Shown here: piece by piece, positions 26,771-36,660 of the stretch
How positions within the stretch are numbered: the first letter of the stretch is position 1
Layout: every line of letters begins with the position of its first letter
Assembly (NCBI GenBank): GCA_017624115.1
Contig: JAGANQ010000068.1
Span: 20,370 to 84,369, forward strand
Direction: 5' to 3'
DNA length: 64,000 bases
Source: Lachnospiraceae bacterium
GTDB taxonomy: Bacteria; Bacillota; Clostridia; Lachnospirales; Lachnospiraceae
Program-made: the position numbers and the translations under genes
The notes under the pieces: model-generated
Told to the model about the DNA's origin: nothing
Database searches by the model: none
The model's input: the letters and a program-made list of their open reading frames with translations, nothing else

Positions 26771-26791
26771 CAGGGCGGATTGCTCCGCCCC
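26765..26791 (-). terminator. rpsO intrinsic terminator
   Basis: The minus strand reads GGGCGGA GCAA TCCGCCC TGTTTTTGTG, 13 nt after the rpsO stop. Confidence 0.75.
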
Positions 26792-26803
26792 TATCAGACC
26801 CAA

Positions 26804-27070
26804 TTACTTTCTGATGTTTAACTTTTCAATCAAAGCACGGTAGCCTTCCAGATTAGTTTTCTTTAAGTAGTCAAGTAAACCTCTTCTCTGACCAACCATC
26901 TGAAGAAGACCTCTTCTGGAATGATGATCCTTCGGATTGTTCTTTAAGTGCTCTGTCAGCTCTGTGATTCTTGTTGTTAAAATCGCAATCTGAACCTCCG
27001 GTGAACCTGTGTCATTAGGTGTTCTTCCGTAAGTCTTGATAAGTTCTGCTTTCTTTTCCTTTGAAATCAT
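26804..27070 (-). CDS. rpsO: 30S ribosomal protein S15
   Basis: [50 protein letters not shown] is the canonical S15 sequence. The ATG at 27070 gives 88 aa. Confidence 0.95.
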   Translation of the reverse strand: MISKEKKAELIKTYGRTPNDTGSPEVQIAILTTRITELTEHLKNNPKDHHSRRGLLQMVGQRRGLLDYLKKTNLEGYRALIEKLNIRK

Positions 27071-27149
27071 TGTTTCATCCTCCTGAAATATTATTATCCC
27101 CAGCACTAAGCATCGGTTGGAGTATCCGAATACTGAGTACAGGTTGTCA

Positions 27150-27188
27150 TACGAAATTGATTATAGCATGGCATAGTTTTTTTGTCAA
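27150..27188 (-). promoter_or_regulatory. Consensus sigma-A promoter for rpsO (TTGACA-17-TATAAT)
   Basis: The minus strand reads TTGACAAAAAAACTATGCCATGCTATAAT, about 80 nt upstream of the rpsO start. Confidence 0.7.
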
Positions 27189-27198
27189 AGATTTTTTC

Positions 27199-27229
27199 AA
27201 AAAAATCTGCACCCCGTGATGGGTGCAGA
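27199..27229 (-). terminator. Intrinsic terminator after the NlpC/P60 gene
   Basis: The minus strand reads TCTGCACCC ATCACG GGGTGCAGA TTTTTTT. Confidence 0.8.
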
Positions 27230-27242
27230 CCTAACCTCATTC

Positions 27243-28301
27243 TTAATCCTGTATAATTCTTCCGAAACCGGCAATCGTTCTATAATCCATTTGTGAATAC
27301 TTAATACCGGTACGTGGGTTACTTGCATGTACTACCTGACCATTTCCAATATACATCGCTACATGCCCGATATCATTTGGGTCATACGGTTCCGGGTAAA
27401 ACACCAAGTCTCCCGGTTTAAGCTCTGATGCGCTGATTTTGTTGAAAAATCTGTACTGTGTTGATGCAGTTCTTGGAATCGATATACCAAAATGAGCATA
27501 AATCAAATTTGTAAATCCAGAACAGTCTGTTCCATTTGTCAGACTGTTGCCGCCATATACATATGGACAGCCAACAAACTGCTGTGCGAACTCTGCCATC
27601 TCTACTCTAAGCTCAGATACATCCATGCCATATATCAGCTCTGCAAGTGTTCTTGCAGTTTGAAGCTCCTGCGCAATTGTAATATAATCCGTGCTTACAT
27701 ATCCCTCCACATTATCAACTACTACCTTTGCCCAGCCCTCAAGCTGCTCAACTACTTCAAGCTGCTCCGAATTTCCAAGAACATCTACTATGTCGGATTC
27801 TGTACTGGGTTGTTCTCTCAGATAGAGAGCATCTGCTTTAACAGTAGCTACATTCGCCATTACCTCCCATGCACGCTCCAGTGCCTCATCACCTGTCAAG
27901 AGATATTCCCCACTCACGTATCCCATAATCTCACCGGATTCAATAAAATACCAGCCATCCGCATAAGAAAGGACCTCACAGGCGCCATTTTTTAACAGTC
28001 TTCCGACAATCTTTCCGTTTTCCGGATTAGAACGGATATTCAGACTATCCTGCACGTTTGCAATTCCCAGATTATCATAACCCGGAACCTTCTCCAGTAC
28101 CGGTGCCGACGTCACCGTCTTACTGTTTGCCTGAATCGTGGAGCTGCTGTTTCTGTAATAAGTCTCCAGCGCTACTGTTCCCCCCGCCGCTGCATCTGTT
28201 CCGCTCACATTAACTGCATGTACGGCATTGGCTGTTCCAAACAGCATGACTGTACTCAGTAAACATATTCCTGTCAGTTTTCCAATTTTTGAATGTCTCA
28301 T
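27243..28301 (-). CDS. Secreted NlpC/P60 (C40) peptidoglycan endopeptidase with SH3-type repeats
   Basis: It has a signal peptide (KLTGICLLSTVMLFGTANA) and two SH3b-like repeats (LNIRSNPENGKIVG and ALYLREQPSTESDIV). The C-terminal catalytic motifs are DCSGFTNLIY and GHVAMYIG. The ATG at 28301 has an AGGAG RBS. Confidence 0.85.
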   Translation of the reverse strand: MRHSKIGKLTGICLLSTVMLFGTANAVHAVNVSGTDAAAGGTVALETYYRNSSSTIQANSKTVTSAPVLEKVPGYDNLGIANVQDSLNIRSNPENGKIVGRLLKNGACEVLSYADGWYFIESGEIMGYVSGEYLLTGDEALERAWEVMANVATVKADALYLREQPSTESDIVDVLGNSEQLEVVEQLEGWAKVVVDNVEGYVSTDYITIAQELQTARTLAELIYGMDVSELRVEMAEFAQQFVGCPYVYGGNSLTNGTDCSGFTNLIYAHFGISIPRTASTQYRFFNKISASELKPGDLVFYPEPYDPNDIGHVAMYIGNGQVVHASNPRTGIKYSQMDYRTIAGFGRIIQD

Positions 28302-28362
28302 ATATACTCCTGCCCACTGTGTCACTCTAAATGTTACACAGTTTTTTATTTCTTTTGTAAAT

Positions 28363-28379
28363 GTTACATAATTGTTACA
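28363..28379 (-). promoter_or_regulatory. WalR-type direct repeat TGTAAC-AATTA-TGTAAC upstream of the P60 hydrolase gene
   Basis: It is an exact match to TGTWAH-N5-TGTWAH on the minus strand, 62-78 nt upstream of the start codon. A third TGTAAC lies at 28333-28338. Confidence 0.45.
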
Positions 28380-28405
28380 TTTATTACAGGAGTATTATAT
28401 CAAGA

Positions 28406-29347
28406 TTACTTTTCTTTGTCAATGTAAATTTTTCCCATGATTCTTTTTGTATTACATACATCCCGCTGAAGCTGTGCTTTTAATTCTTCCAAAGACTCAA
28501 ACCTCTGCTCGGGACGCTCAAAGGTCAGAAGCTCCACTTTGATTTCTTTTCCGTAAATATCCTCATCAAAATCAAACAGATACGTTTCCACATTCCTGAC
28601 CTGGGTATCCTCCACCGTGGGACGGATACCGATATTCGTCATTCCTGTGTAATACGTTCCGTCAATACAGGCTTTAGAAGCATAGACACCATTGGGCGGA
28701 AGGAGCTTATTTTCTCTCGGCAGCTGGTTTACAGTCGGTATGCCGAGCTTTCTTCCCAGCTGTTTTCCCTTTACCACCTCTCCGGTCACAAAATACGGGT
28801 ATCCCAGAAGTGTTTCTGCCAGCTCCATTTTTCCTTCCTTTAATACTTCCCTGATGTATGTACTGCTGATGTCCCTGCCCTCATACTGCTCCTTTGCAAG
28901 TACCAGCAGCTTAAAATTATACTTTCTGGAAAGCCTGTCCAGCAGGTAGATATCACCGGAACGTTCATGCCCGAATCTGAAGTCTGAACCCACAACAATG
29001 TATCCGGCATTCATCTGTTTTATAAGAATATCTGCCACAAATTTTTCCGGCTCCATTCCGGCTATCTCTTTCGTAAACGGACACTCAAATAAAATATCTA
29101 CCTTATATTTTTCAAGCAGCATCGCCCGCTCTTCATTCGTCAGAATCATCCTGCCGTTTGTGCCTCTCAGGACATTTTTCGGCGGTATGTCAAACGTAAA
29201 AATAGCAGCACGATAGCCTTCTTCTCTTTTACGAAGCACCTGATTCAAAAGCTTCTTATGTCCACGGTGCAGCCCATCGAATTTTCCCAATGTCACCGCT
29301 GTTTTTTCTTCTATATGAAGTTGTGACAATTGATTCATAAATTCCAC
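28406..29347 (-). CDS. ribF: Bifunctional riboflavin kinase / FAD synthetase
   Basis: It contains GKFDGLHRGHKKLL, then GYPYFVTGEVVKGKQLGRKLGIPTVN and the EELKAQLQRD tail. The GTG start at 29347 lies behind AGGTG. Confidence 0.9.
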   Translation of the reverse strand: MEFMNQLSQLHIEEKTAVTLGKFDGLHRGHKKLLNQVLRKREEGYRAAIFTFDIPPKNVLRGTNGRMILTNEERAMLLEKYKVDILFECPFTKEIAGMEPEKFVADILIKQMNAGYIVVGSDFRFGHERSGDIYLLDRLSRKYNFKLLVLAKEQYEGRDISSTYIREVLKEGKMELAETLLGYPYFVTGEVVKGKQLGRKLGIPTVNQLPRENKLLPPNGVYASKACIDGTYYTGMTNIGIRPTVEDTQVRNVETYLFDFDEDIYGKEIKVELLTFERPEQRFESLEELKAQLQRDVCNTKRIMGKIYIDKEK

Positions 29348-29363
29348 AGTAACACCTGCCTTT

Positions 29364-30266
29364 TTAAGATTCCAGAAACATCTTCACCGGATAATATGCA
29401 CATTTCTCCGGTCTGTATTCATAAATGCCGACAAAGCACCGGCTGCTGTCATATACACGCACCGGCTTTTGTTTCTGTCCGGAGACTTCCTCCTGAAACA
29501 TTTCCGGCACAAGCGGATTTCCGTTGTAGAGAAGCCTGTCTGCTGTCTTCTTCACCGCACATACCGGATATGCCGTCAGAGCATCCTCCACCGCTACAAT
29601 CTGCTCCATAAGCCCGTCCTCATCCCGCAGTTTCTCGATTTCTGCAAGAGTAAGTGCCCTGTCAATCGTAAAGTGTCCCACTCCGGTGCGCACAAGCTCC
29701 TGCATGCAGCCGCCGCAGCCAAGCATTTCTCCTATATCATGGCATAAAGTTCTGATATAGGTTCCCTTCGAGCATTTTACACGGATGCGCACCCGCGGAA
29801 GCTCCATAGATAAAATTGTAATCGACAGAATATGAACGTTTCTCGCCTTACGCTCTATCTCTTTTCCTTCTCTAGCCAGCTCATACAACTTCTTTCCGTC
29901 TACCTTGACAGCAGAATACATCGGCGGTATCTGGTCGTATTCACCGACAAAGGAAAGAATCGCCCTCTCTGCTTCTTCCTCAGAGACAATAACCGGGCGT
30001 TCCTCCAAAACCGTTCCTGTCGTATCCTGCGTATCAGTAGTAACTCCCAGAAGCAGCAATGCCTCATATTCTTTTTCTTTATCTGTCAGCATATCAACAA
30101 GCTTAGTTCCCGTTCCCAGACAAACCGGAAGCACACCTTCTGCCTGGGGATCCAGTGTACCTGTATGACCGATTTTTTTCTGTCTGAGGATGCCCCTCAG
30201 CTTTGCCACTACGTCATGAGAGGTATATCCCTTTTCTTTATATACGTTTATAATTCCATTATACAC
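29364..30266 (-). CDS. truB: tRNA pseudouridine(55) synthase
   Basis: It contains NGIINVYKEKGYTSHDVV and GHTGTLDPQAEGVLPVCLG, which carries the catalytic Asp. The GTG start at 30266 lies 6 nt after GGAGGA; the ORF track extends to 30338. Confidence 0.9.
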   Translation of the reverse strand: MYNGIINVYKEKGYTSHDVVAKLRGILRQKKIGHTGTLDPQAEGVLPVCLGTGTKLVDMLTDKEKEYEALLLLGVTTDTQDTTGTVLEERPVIVSEEEAERAILSFVGEYDQIPPMYSAVKVDGKKLYELAREGKEIERKARNVHILSITILSMELPRVRIRVKCSKGTYIRTLCHDIGEMLGCGGCMQELVRTGVGHFTIDRALTLAEIEKLRDEDGLMEQIVAVEDALTAYPVCAVKKTADRLLYNGNPLVPEMFQEEVSGQKQKPVRVYDSSRCFVGIYEYRPEKCAYYPVKMFLES

Positions 30267-30282
30267 GGCATTTCCTCCGCTT

Positions 30283-31239
30283 TTATTCCTCAGCAATCTG
30301 CTTTGCAAGCTGTGCAGACAGGTTATTGATAACATCATACACGCTTCCCATCATCGTACAGCCGGCTGCCTTAACATGACCGCCGCCGCCAAAATGTGCT
30401 GCCACCACGCTTACGTCAACCTCATCTTTAGCACGCAGACTGACCTTAAATACCTGCGGTTCTGTCTCATAAAGGAAAATGGCACATTTCACACCCTTTG
30501 TCACAATAAGCTGATCTACAATCCCCCCCAGATCCTTCGGCGTCACCCCGTAGAAGGTCAGATCCTTCTGTCTCAATGCAGAGAATATACATCTGCCATT
30601 AAAGAATAATACACTTTCCAGCAGCGCTCTTCCCAGAATCTGATTCTGAACATAGCTCTTTTCATAAAATGTATCATTGATGATTTTTGTGAATTCCACA
30701 CCCATGCCTACCAGCTTCGCAGCCGCCGTCATGGTTCTCTCGGTTGTATTGCTGTGCTTAAATACACCGGTATCGTGGATAAGGCCTGTATACAGTGCTG
30801 TCGCAATCTCTGTATTCATTTCCTCCGGCTTCATCAGATAAAACAGTGTCTCACAGGTGGCTGCCGACTTCGGCTCCACCAGATTACTGTCTGCAAAATT
30901 ACCGCTGTTGCTGACGTGATGATCAATGCATACGGTTTTCTTTGCCGTCTTAAAATATTCGGCAAAGCTTCCCAGACGATCCGTATCGCCACAGTCCAGC
31001 ACGAAGAATACATCATATTCCTTTGGCTCGCTAACTGTATGTCTGATATCTTTTACGCCTTCTATATAATCATATTTATCCGATATTTCCTCCAGATACA
31101 CGTCTGCTTCAATATCAGGAAAATTCTTACGGATATAATGATACAGTCCCATACAGGAACCGATGCAGTCACCATCCGGTCTGATATGACCGGAGATGGC
31201 AGCTGTCTTCGCTCCCTTTAACTCATTCTTCAGCTTCAT
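30283..31239 (-). CDS. nrnA: DHH/DHHA1 phosphoesterase (NrnA-type oligoribonuclease / pAp phosphatase)
   Basis: It contains SGHIRPDGDCIGS, DHH (IDHHVSN) and GGGGHVKAAG (DHHA1). Confidence 0.8.
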   Translation of the reverse strand: MKLKNELKGAKTAAISGHIRPDGDCIGSCMGLYHYIRKNFPDIEADVYLEEISDKYDYIEGVKDIRHTVSEPKEYDVFFVLDCGDTDRLGSFAEYFKTAKKTVCIDHHVSNSGNFADSNLVEPKSAATCETLFYLMKPEEMNTEIATALYTGLIHDTGVFKHSNTTERTMTAAAKLVGMGVEFTKIINDTFYEKSYVQNQILGRALLESVLFFNGRCIFSALRQKDLTFYGVTPKDLGGIVDQLIVTKGVKCAIFLYETEPQVFKVSLRAKDEVDVSVVAAHFGGGGHVKAAGCTMMGSVYDVINNLSAQLAKQIAEE

Positions 31240-31588
31240 TCCTGTTTACCTCATCAATCAGTCTCGACATATTTACACCATACTCAATCGACTGATCCAG
31301 GATAAAGGTAATCTGCGGCGTATTCCTCAGGTTAATCGTTTTCGCAAGCTGAGACCGGATATATCCCTCCGCACTCTTTAAACCCTGGATTGTCTCTTTC
31401 TGTGCCTCTTCGTCTCCAAGAACACTGATATAAGCTTTACAGTATTTCAAATCCGGTGTTACCTCTGCAGCAACCACAGAGGTCATCGGATGAATTCTCG
31501 GATCCTTGATTTCACTGCGGATAATATTGCTTAACTCCTTTAAAACCTCTCCATTGATTCTTGTATTCTTTATACTGTTTTTTCTCAT
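31223..31588 (-). CDS. rbfA: Ribosome-binding factor A
   Basis: [23 protein letters not shown]...[11 protein letters not shown] matches RbfA. It shares an ATGA overlap with the infB stop. Confidence 0.9.
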   Translation of the reverse strand: MRKNSIKNTRINGEVLKELSNIIRSEIKDPRIHPMTSVVAAEVTPDLKYCKAYISVLGDEEAQKETIQGLKSAEGYIRSQLAKTINLRNTPQITFILDQSIEYGVNMSRLIDEVNRNEAEE

Positions 31589-34251
31589 CTCGGAACCTCT
31601 TCCATAATATAGGCTTCTATCTGGTCGCCCTCACTGATATCATTAAATTTCTCAAACACCATACCGCACTCATATCCGGCATTGACTTCCTTTGCATCAT
31701 CCTTACCACGCTTTAAAGAAGCCAGTGCACCATCAAACAGAACCTCTCCTTCTCTGCTTACCCTGCACTTGCAGCCTCTCTGGAATTTACCATCAAGCAC
31801 ATAAGAACCTGCGATATTTCCAAGTCCGGAAGCCTTGAATACCTGTCTTACCTCTGCATGACCGATTATTTTCTCTTCGTATACAGGCTCAAGCATACCC
31901 TTCATGGCAGCCTCAACATCCTCGATTGCATTATAGATAACACGGTACAAACGGACATCTACGTTCTCACGCTCTGCGATACCTTTGGCGGTATTATCCG
32001 GTTTTACATTAAATCCGATGATAATCGCATTGGAAGCAGACGCAAGAATAACGTCAGATTCATTGATGGCACCGACACCGCCATGAATTACCTTAACAAC
32101 TACCTCGTCATTGGACAGCTTTAAAAGACTCTGCTTCATCGCCTCTACAGAACCCTGTACATCCGCCTTTACGATGATATTAAGCTCCTTTAAGCTTCCT
32201 GCCTGAATCTTGCTGAACAAATCGTCCAGAGACATCTTCGCCTTTGTCTCCTCCAGAAGCTTTTCCTTTCCCTGGGAGATAAATGTTTCTGCAAAGCTTC
32301 TTGCTTCCTTCTCATTCTCACATGCAACAAAGATTTCTCCGGCATTCGGAACCTCTTTCAGTCCCAGTATCTCAACCGGTGTAGATGGAAGTGCTTCCTT
32401 CACACTTCTTCCCTTATCATCAATCATGGCTCTTACTTTACCATGGCTGGCGCCTGCTGCGATAACGTCACCGACACGCAGTGTTCCTTTCTGTACCAGT
32501 ACTGTAGCAACAGGTCCCCTTCCCTTGTCAAGCTGTGCCTCGATAACCAGACCTCTTGCCTTTCTCTTCGGATTTGCCTTTAATTCCTTTACCTCCGCGG
32601 TCAGAAGAATCATCTCCAGCAGATTTTCAATACCCTCTCTGGTATGTGCGGAAACCGGTACAAAAACGGTACTTCCACCCCAATCCTCTGGCACTAATTC
32701 ATACTCGATTAACTCCTGCTTTACACGGTCTATATTAGCACTTGGCTTATCAATCTTGTTAATAGCCACGATAATTTCAATTCCTGCCGCCTTTGCATGG
32801 TTGATAGCCTCAATGGTCTGTGGCATAACACCGTCATCGGCTGCTACTACTAAAACGGCAATATCGGTAGACTGGGCTCCGCGCATACGCATGGCAGTAA
32901 ATGCCTCATGTCCCGGGGTATCAAGGAAGGTAATTTTCTCGCCATTGATTTCCACCATATAAGCACCAATATGCTGCGTGATGCCGCCTGCCTCTCTGGA
33001 AGTCACATTTGTAGAACGAATCGCATCCAGAAGAGATGTTTTACCATGGTCTACATGACCCATAACGCAGACAACCGGAGGTCTGGAAACCATCTTGCTT
33101 TCATCCTCTTCCTCTTCTCTTAACAGTTCCTCAATAACATCTACCTTTTCTTCCTGCTCTGCAATGACATCAAATTCGAGTGCAATTTCCTCTGCTGTCT
33201 CGAAATCTACCTCCTGGTTAATTGTGACCATCTTGCCCTGCAGGAACATTTTCTTTACAATCACCGATGGCTGCAGCTTCATCTTTTCAGCCAGCTCCTT
33301 AATTGTAATAGTATCACCTATCTGGATTACCTTAATCTCCGGCTCCTTTGGCTCCTGCTTCACCGGCTCCGGCTTCTTCATCTGATTGTTCTTCTGCTGC
33401 ATCTGCTTTTCCTGCCGGCTGTTCTTATTATTCTCACGTTCCTTATCCCGCTCACGCTCCTGGAACTTTTCCGCTCTTCTGTCATTCTTTTTCTCAGGCA
33501 TAGCCTCCGCCGTTCTTACCTCCGGTATCTTAAGCGTCTGCTTGTTATTATTCTTCTGGAAGCTTCCCTTGTTATTATTACTATTATTGTTATTATTACT
33601 ATTGTTGATATTATTACTGTTATTGCCGTTATTATTCTGTCTTGGCTGTCCTTCCGGTCTGCTGTTCTGTTTCTGGGAGAACTGCTGTGTTCTGTTATTG
33701 TTGGCATTATTATTGACATTGCCATTATTGCTATTATTGTTCTGTCTCTGCACCGGCGCATTTTGTGTACTCTGTGCCTGCTTCGGCTGCGGTGCTGCCT
33801 GTGGTTTTTCTGCCTGCACCGGTCTGTTCTGCGGCTCCGCAGGTCTGTTGTTTGTATTCTGTACCGGGCGCTGCGCATTTTGCCTCTGCACGGGCTGTTG
33901 TCCCTGCTGCGGTCTCTGACCCTGCACCGATGGCTTTGCCCCCGGCTTCTTATTACGCGCCTGAGAGCTATTCTGGGGATTAGTCACCATGAAAATCTTC
34001 TTTTTCGGTGCCTCCTGCTTTGGCTCCTCCGGCTTTTCCTGCTTTGGAGCTTCCTTTGGCGCTGCCTGTGGCTTTTCTGACTTAATACCCAGCTTCTCCT
34101 TTACCTTCTGTGCAACCTCTTCCTCAATGCTGGAATTTGCTGCAAACCGCTTTCCATTATTTTCTATTCCCATTTCCTCCAGCACATTGATAACCTCACT
34201 GCTCTTTTTACCATGCTGTGCTGCAAATTCACTTATTTTTATTTTCGCCAT
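31585..34251 (-). CDS. infB: Translation initiation factor IF-2 with a long Gln/Pro- and Asn-rich N-terminal region
   Basis: The GTPase motifs are [19 protein letters not shown] and NKID. The C-terminal IF2 domains are present. Confidence 0.95.
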   Translation of the reverse strand: MAKIKISEFAAQHGKKSSEVINVLEEMGIENNGKRFAANSSIEEEVAQKVKEKLGIKSEKPQAAPKEAPKQEKPEEPKQEAPKKKIFMVTNPQNSSQARNKKPGAKPSVQGQRPQQGQQPVQRQNAQRPVQNTNNRPAEPQNRPVQAEKPQAAPQPKQAQSTQNAPVQRQNNNSNNGNVNNNANNNRTQQFSQKQNSRPEGQPRQNNNGNNSNNINNSNNNNNSNNNKGSFQKNNNKQTLKIPEVRTAEAMPEKKNDRRAEKFQERERDKERENNKNSRQEKQMQQKNNQMKKPEPVKQEPKEPEIKVIQIGDTITIKELAEKMKLQPSVIVKKMFLQGKMVTINQEVDFETAEEIALEFDVIAEQEEKVDVIEELLREEEEDESKMVSRPPVVCVMGHVDHGKTSLLDAIRSTNVTSREAGGITQHIGAYMVEINGEKITFLDTPGHEAFTAMRMRGAQSTDIAVLVVAADDGVMPQTIEAINHAKAAGIEIIVAINKIDKPSANIDRVKQELIEYELVPEDWGGSTVFVPVSAHTREGIENLLEMILLTAEVKELKANPKRKARGLVIEAQLDKGRGPVATVLVQKGTLRVGDVIAAGASHGKVRAMIDDKGRSVKEALPSTPVEILGLKEVPNAGEIFVACENEKEARSFAETFISQGKEKLLEETKAKMSLDDLFSKIQAGSLKELNIIVKADVQGSVEAMKQSLLKLSNDEVVVKVIHGGVGAINESDVILASASNAIIIGFNVKPDNTAKGIAERENVDVRLYRVIYNAIEDVEAAMKGMLEPVYEEKIIGHAEVRQVFKASGLGNIAGSYVLDGKFQRGCKCRVSREGEVLFDGALASLKRGKDDAKEVNAGYECGMVFEKFNDISEGDQIEAYIMEEVPR

Positions 34252-34255
34252 TCTT

Positions 34256-34591
34256 TTACCTCATTTCTGCATTGCTTTTCGCATCCAAATTTCCCGATTC
34301 GTTCAGCTTCTTCTCTATCGCTTTGCAAAAGCCCTGATCCAGAACTGCCAGGGAAGCTCTCATTTCCTTACCCATTCCATGTCCAAGTACTGCCTTCGTT
34401 CCATATATATAGAATGGTACATGATAAAACGTGCACATATTGCGGAACATTTTCTTTGTATTATCAGAAGCATCCTCCGCCACTATCACAAGAAATGCAC
34501 TTCCGTCCTTTACCGCTTTTTCTGTCATGAATTCTCCGCTGGCTGTTTTTCCTGCCTTTGTTGCCATGCCAATCATGGAAATTACTTTATC
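34256..34591 (-). CDS. ylxQ: L7Ae-family RNA-binding protein YlxQ
   Basis: [15 protein letters not shown]...[14 protein letters not shown] matches the YlxQ pattern. A TTG start at 34591 is proposed (AAGGAG upstream), with an alternative ATG at 34576. The ORF track extends to 34645. Confidence 0.75.
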   Translation of the reverse strand, partial: DKVISMIGMATKAGKTASGEFMTEKAVKDGSAFLVIVAEDASDNTKKMFRNMCTFYHVPFYIYGTKAVLGHGMGKEMRASLAVLDQGFCKAIEKKLNESGNLDAKSNAEMR

Positions 34592-34859
34592 CAATCGCTT
34601 CCATCTCCTTCTCAAGCTGCTCATAAACTTCCTTCGGAATTGCAACCTTCAGGGAACGCTCCAACCCTTTATTTTTCACAGCTCTGGAAAAGCACTCTGT
34701 GGAAGGACAGATATATGCACCTCTTCCATTCTTCTTCCCTGTTGCATCTATCAGAATCTCTCCCTCACCGGTTTTCAGAACCCGAATCATCTTCCGTTTA
34801 TCCTTCATTTCTCCGCAGCCGGTACACTGTCGGTACGGAATTTTCTTTGTCGTTGCCAA
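34587..34859 (-). CDS. ylxR: YlxR/RnpM family (DUF448) RNA-binding protein
   Basis: IPYRQCTGCGEMKDKRKMIRV...GRGAYIC matches the family. It lies between nusA and ylxQ. Confidence 0.85.
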   Translation of the reverse strand: MATTKKIPYRQCTGCGEMKDKRKMIRVLKTGEGEILIDATGKKNGRGAYICPSTECFSRAVKNKGLERSLKVAIPKEVYEQLEKEMEAIG

Positions 34860-34886
34860 ATTATCACTCCTATATTCTACGCTGCA

Positions 34887-36044
34887 TTACTCTTCATTCA
34901 CACCATAATATTCTGATTCGATGGGCTGGTCTTCATAATCATTATCGCTTTCTGCATCATAGCTGCCGTCCTCATTTTCATATGCAAACAGCTCTGCAAA
35001 CTCCTCCAGCTCTCTCGCCTGGCTCTCACTCTTAATATCAATCTTGAAGCCTGTCAGTCTTGCTGCCAGCCTTGCATTCTGTCCTTCCTTACCGATAGCA
35101 AGGGAAAGCTGGTAATCCGGTACAACTACCTTCGCTGTCTTCTCCTCATCATCAGCCAGTACAGTAATAACCTTCGCCGGACTTAATGCATTCTCAATTA
35201 AAATAGCCGGGTTCTCACTCCAGTTGATAATATCAATCTTCTCGCCGCGAAGCTCTTCAACAATTGCATTCACACGGATTCCGTTTACTCCTACGCAGGC
35301 ACCTACCGGATCTACATTCGGATCATTAGACCATACAGCAATCTTCGTTCTGGAGCCTGCCTCTCTGGAAATGCTCTTAATTTCCACTGTACCGTCCTTT
35401 ACCTCAGTAACCTCTGCTTCAAACAGACGCTTTACCAGCTCCGGATGTGTTCTGGAAACCAGGATTTTTGGTCCTTTTGTGGTATCCTTTACCTCAAGCA
35501 CATACAGCTTGATTCTCTCTGTCGGCTCGAATACCTCGCCCTTTACCTGCTCATTTTCCATCAGTGTTGCGTCTACCTTGCCAAGATTGATGCTTACATT
35601 TCTGCCAACATAGCGCTGTACAATGCCCGTAACAATGTCCTTTTCCTTTTCGAAATACTGATTGTACAGGGACTTTCTTTCCTCCTCACGTATCTTCTGA
35701 AGAATGACATTCTTGGCATTCTGTGTCGCGATACGTCCGAACTCCTTCGACTTGATTTCTACATTTACCACATCACCCAGCTCATATCTCGGGTCTCTCA
35801 GCTTTGCATTGGCAAGACTGATTTCTGTTACATCATCTGTAACCTCTTCCACTACCGTCTTTTCTGCAATAACCTTAAAATCTCCTGTCTCACGGTTAAT
35901 CGTCACCTTTACATTATCTGCCTTGCCAAAATGGTTCTTGCACGCAGTCAGCAATGAATTCTCGATTGCCTCCAGTAAAGTGTCCTTGCTGATATCCTTT
36001 TCCTTCTCCAGAATATTCAGTGCTTCAATTAACTCCTTGTTCAT
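34887..36044 (-). CDS. nusA: Transcription termination/antitermination factor NusA
   Basis: It starts [21 protein letters not shown], followed by S1 and two KH domains ([11 protein letters not shown] and [16 protein letters not shown]). Confidence 0.95.
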   Translation of the reverse strand: MNKELIEALNILEKEKDISKDTLLEAIENSLLTACKNHFGKADNVKVTINRETGDFKVIAEKTVVEEVTDDVTEISLANAKLRDPRYELGDVVNVEIKSKEFGRIATQNAKNVILQKIREEERKSLYNQYFEKEKDIVTGIVQRYVGRNVSINLGKVDATLMENEQVKGEVFEPTERIKLYVLEVKDTTKGPKILVSRTHPELVKRLFEAEVTEVKDGTVEIKSISREAGSRTKIAVWSNDPNVDPVGACVGVNGIRVNAIVEELRGEKIDIINWSENPAILIENALSPAKVITVLADDEEKTAKVVVPDYQLSLAIGKEGQNARLAARLTGFKIDIKSESQARELEEFAELFAYENEDGSYDAESDNDYEDQPIESEYYGVNEE

Positions 36045-36076
36045 TTCAAAATTGTCCTCCTTGTATTCGTTATCCT

Positions 36077-36541
36077 TTAAAAGTCCAGCGCCAGCCTGAT
36101 TAACGCCATGTCTGCACGGTTTATAATAAGTTCTTCTTCATCAGCCAGTATCGTTACCGTATCTTTATCAAATGATTTCAGAATGCCCTCATATTCTTTC
36201 CTGTGATTCAGGGCACGATAAAGGCGGATTTCCACTTCTTCCCCGATACTTCTTGCAAAATCCTTGTCTTTTTTAAGCGGTCTCCCAAGCCCCGGAGAGC
36301 TGACCTCCAGAATATAAGCATCCTTAATAAAATCTTCCTTGTCCAGCAAATCACTCAATGCACGGCTGACGATTTCACAGTCATCCACTGTAATTCCGCC
36401 CGGCTTATCAATATAAGCTCTCAGATACCAGTTGCTTCCTTCCTTAACATATTCCACATCAACCAGTTCAAACTGATGCTGTTCCATAATCGGAAGCAGA
36501 AGCTGTTCTGTCCGGCTCTCGTATTCTTCCTTCTGCGTCAT
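36077..36541 (-). CDS. rimP: Ribosome maturation factor RimP
   Basis: LVDVEYVKEGSNWYLRAYIDKPGGITVDDCE...LEVSSPGLGRPLK matches RimP. The ATG is at 36541; the ORF track extends to 36592. Confidence 0.9.
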   Translation of the reverse strand: MTQKEEYESRTEQLLLPIMEQHQFELVDVEYVKEGSNWYLRAYIDKPGGITVDDCEIVSRALSDLLDKEDFIKDAYILEVSSPGLGRPLKKDKDFARSIGEEVEIRLYRALNHRKEYEGILKSFDKDTVTILADEEELIINRADMALIRLALDF

Positions 36542-36624
36542 TTTCACACTTCCCTTCTGCACATAACATATAAAGAGTGGACTTACGCCCACTCTTTATC
36601 ATCCAAACAACTATTATCGTTTTT

Positions 36625-36653
36625 AGTATAGCACTATTCTTTTAAAAATGCAA
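36625..36653 (-). promoter_or_regulatory. Sigma-A promoter of the rimP-nusA-infB operon (TTGCAT-17-TATACT)
   Basis: The minus strand reads TTGCATTTTTAAAAGAATAGTGCTATACT, about 85 nt upstream of the rimP start. Confidence 0.6.
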
Positions 36654-36660
36654 GCATTTC

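Noticed and set aside
33386-35035. Long + strand ORFs (177 aa at 33386-33919, rich in Leu/Cys/Phe; 348 aa at 33989-35035) lying opposite infB, ylxQ, ylxR and nusA.
   Set aside because: They are antisense shadows of strongly supported, highly conserved minus-strand genes. The Leu-rich one simply mirrors the Asn (AAT/AAC) codon run of IF-2. No RBS or recognisable motif was found.
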